Below, one piece after another: positions 61,827 to 64,000 of a stretch of 64,000 nt of DNA. Below the pieces are notes generated by a model. It was not told the origin of the DNA and did not search any database. It saw nothing but the letters and a program-made list of their open reading frames with translations. Location: positions 224,001 to 288,000 of the forward strand of contig CAWEWF010000014.1 of NCBI GenBank assembly GCA_963812605.1, written 5' to 3'. The DNA is from an uncultured Verrucomicrobiae bacterium (GTDB lineage: Bacteria > Verrucomicrobiota > Verrucomicrobiia > Palsa-1439). Numbering within the stretch: position 1 is the stretch's first letter; every line of letters begins with the position of its first letter. The translations under genes were made by a program, and so were the position numbers.

Positions 61827-62903
61827 ATGGCAGCGCAAATGGAAGATCTATTGCAGGTGATGGTCGACGAGGGCGGTTCGGATTTGCATATTCGCGTGGG
61901 CGTGCCCCCGGTCATTCGGTTGCATGGCAAGCTGGTGCACATGGACCTGCCGACGCTGCAGCCGGAGGACACCGAAAACCTCATGAAAGCAATCACCTCC
62001 GAGGCCCATATCCAGAAGGTGCGCGAGCAGGGTGGCACGGATTACGGGTTTGCTTTCGGCGAAATGGCGCGGTTTCGCGTCAGTGTTTTCAAGGAGCGCG
62101 GCAATTTCGGCATGGTATTGCGCCAGATCCCCAGCAAGCTCATGTCGCTCGAGCAGATCGGCCTGCCGCCCTCGGTGAAGGACATTTTATTTCGCCCGCG
62201 CGGACTTGTCCTGGTCACCGGTCCGACCGGCTCCGGCAAAACCACGACGCTGGCTTCGATGATCGACATCATCAACACGGAGGAAGACTGTCACATCATC
62301 ACCATTGAGGACCCGGTCGAATATTACCATCCGCACAAGAAAAGCATCGTTACGCAGCGCGAGGTGGGAGTCGATGTGCCCGACTTTGCCGAAGCGTTGC
62401 GGCGCGGCTTGCGCCAGGATCCGGACTGCATTCTCGTTGGTGAAATGCGCGATCTGGAAACGATGGAAGCGGCCATCACCGCGGCGGAAACGGGCCATTT
62501 GGTCTTCGCCACGCTGCACACGACGGGCGCGGCGCGCACGGTGGACCGCATTGTCGATGCCTTTCCGACGGACCAACAGGAGCAAATCCGCACGCAATTG
62601 GCCTCGTCCATCATCGCCGTGATTTCGCAGGTGCTGCTGGTGCGGGCGGACGGGAAGGGGCGGGTGGCGTGCTTCGAGATCATGATTACGACCCCATCGA
62701 TTCAGGCGCTGATTCGCGACAATAAGACCTTTCGCATCACGTCGGATATCCAGACCGGGGCCAAGTACGGGATGATGACACTGGATTCGAACCTCATGAG
62801 CCTGTACGAGCGCGGGCTGATCAGCTACGGCGATTTGATCACTATCGCGCAAGATCCACAGGCCATTGTCTCCAAGCTGCAGGGCGAAGGCGGGAAGAGG
62901 TAA
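61827..62903 (+). CDS. pilT: Type IV pilus retraction ATPase
   Basis: [39 protein letters not shown]. Confidence 0.95.
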   Translation: MAAQMEDLLQVMVDEGGSDLHIRVGVPPVIRLHGKLVHMDLPTLQPEDTENLMKAITSEAHIQKVREQGGTDYGFAFGEMARFRVSVFKERGNFGMVLRQIPSKLMSLEQIGLPPSVKDILFRPRGLVLVTGPTGSGKTTTLASMIDIINTEEDCHIITIEDPVEYYHPHKKSIVTQREVGVDVPDFAEALRRGLRQDPDCILVGEMRDLETMEAAITAAETGHLVFATLHTTGAARTVDRIVDAFPTDQQEQIRTQLASSIIAVISQVLLVRADGKGRVACFEIMITTPSIQALIRDNKTFRITSDIQTGAKYGMMTLDSNLMSLYERGLISYGDLITIAQDPQAIVSKLQGEGGKR

Positions 62904-62906
62904 ACC

Positions 62907-64000
62907 ATGTTCGAAGGCGAAGGCGCAATACTTTCCGAACTGCTTCGCGAGCGCAATCTCGTCGGCCCCGAGCAATTTCGCGAGTTGCAGGAGGAGCACG
63001 AGCGTACCGGCAAACCGCTCTCGCAGGTCATCATCGATTTTGGCCTGGTCAGCGAAGAACAGTTGCTCCGCGCCGTGGCCGAGCACCTGAACCTGGAATA
63101 CCTGAGCCTCGAGGACATCGACATTGACAAGGCGGTGCTGCGCATTATGCCTTCCAGCGTGGCGCGCATGTATAGCGCGGTGCCGGTCGCCATCGCTGGA
63201 AACACCGTCACGGTGGCGGTGATGGATCCCTACAATCCGCAGCTTGTCGGCGAGCTTTCCTTCATCCTCGGCAAAGACGTGCAACTGGCCGTCGCGCCCT
63301 CGAAACAAATCGAGTCGACGATCCTTCGTTTCTTCGGCGAAGAGAGCGAGTCCCTGAAAGATGTGCTGGAAGACATGGAATCGCAACTCGCTTCCGCGGA
63401 AGTTGTCGAGACCGCGACGAAAACGGGCGGGACCGCGGCGCTGGAGGAATTGGCGAGCCAGGCGCCCATCGTGCGGTTCGTAAACCTGATCCTGTTCCAG
63501 GCGATCCAGGACCGGGCCAGCGATATTCACTTTGAACCGTTTGAAGACGAATTCAAGATCCGCTACCGGGTCGACGGCGCCCTGTATGAAATGGCGCCGC
63601 CACCCAAACATTTGGCACTACCGGTAATTTCGCGCATCAAAGTCATGTCCAACCTGAACATTGCCGAACGCCGCCTGCCGCAGGACGGGCGTATCCAGCT
63701 CAACATCGCCGGCAAGCAGGTGGACCTGCGTGTTTCGACATTGCCGACGCAGTACGGTGAATCCGTGGTGCTGCGCGTCCTGGACCGCACGGTGGTCAAT
63801 CTTTCGCTCGAAAGCCTGGGTATGCCGAATGATATCTTCGAGCAAACGACGGAAGTCATCAAGGCGCCCAATGGCATTTTCATCGTCACCGGGCCAACAG
63901 GATCCGGAAAGACGACGACGTTGTATTCCTGCCTGAAACGCATCAATACCATCGATATGAAACTGCTTACCTCGGAAGACCCCGTGGAATATGACATTGA
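62907..64000 (+). CDS. Second PilB/GspE ATPase, running off the window
   Basis: [46 protein letters not shown]. Confidence 0.9.
   Translation, partial: MFEGEGAILSELLRERNLVGPEQFRELQEEHERTGKPLSQVIIDFGLVSEEQLLRAVAEHLNLEYLSLEDIDIDKAVLRIMPSSVARMYSAVPVAIAGNTVTVAVMDPYNPQLVGELSFILGKDVQLAVAPSKQIESTILRFFGEESESLKDVLEDMESQLASAEVVETATKTGGTAALEELASQAPIVRFVNLILFQAIQDRASDIHFEPFEDEFKIRYRVDGALYEMAPPPKHLALPVISRIKVMSNLNIAERRLPQDGRIQLNIAGKQVDLRVSTLPTQYGESVVLRVLDRTVVNLSLESLGMPNDIFEQTTEVIKAPNGIFIVTGPTGSGKTTTLYSCLKRINTIDMKLLTSEDPVEYDI

Overview
GC-rich bacterial window, most consistent with a Verrucomicrobiota/PVC genome (inference from protein styles and gene order). Many single-base frameshifts, including one in the essential gatA, point to an unpolished long-read assembly. 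Core blocks: aminotransferase/Lrp, tRNA-Pro, Ser/Thr kinase, yggS-proC (1-8.6 kb); and, from 40.8 kb, tRNA(CAT), LPS genes, nadD-rsfS, sufT, argS, rpsT, lptE-bamD, GH31, gatCAB and pilB-pilT-pilB. Between them are an 11.4 kb thiol/redox-stress cluster and a ~20 kb accessory region upstream of the tRNA(CAT) gene. That region is punctuated by a duplicated tRNA 5' half ending exactly at the anticodon loop and by three progressively decayed copies of a CAC(G/A)AGGAGTGACAA boundary motif. This suggests serial accretion of integrase-less cassettes at the tRNA and is the top finding. Also notable: two kinds of MITE that carry REP doublets, 7-bp intergenic repeats, truncated defence-like genes in intergenic slots, a small-protein/retropepsin pair, a kinase with an extracytoplasmic CBM48-like domain, apparently leaderless core genes, and a candidate structured sRNA behind a TATAAT promoter. 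All family assignments are by eye; no searches were run.
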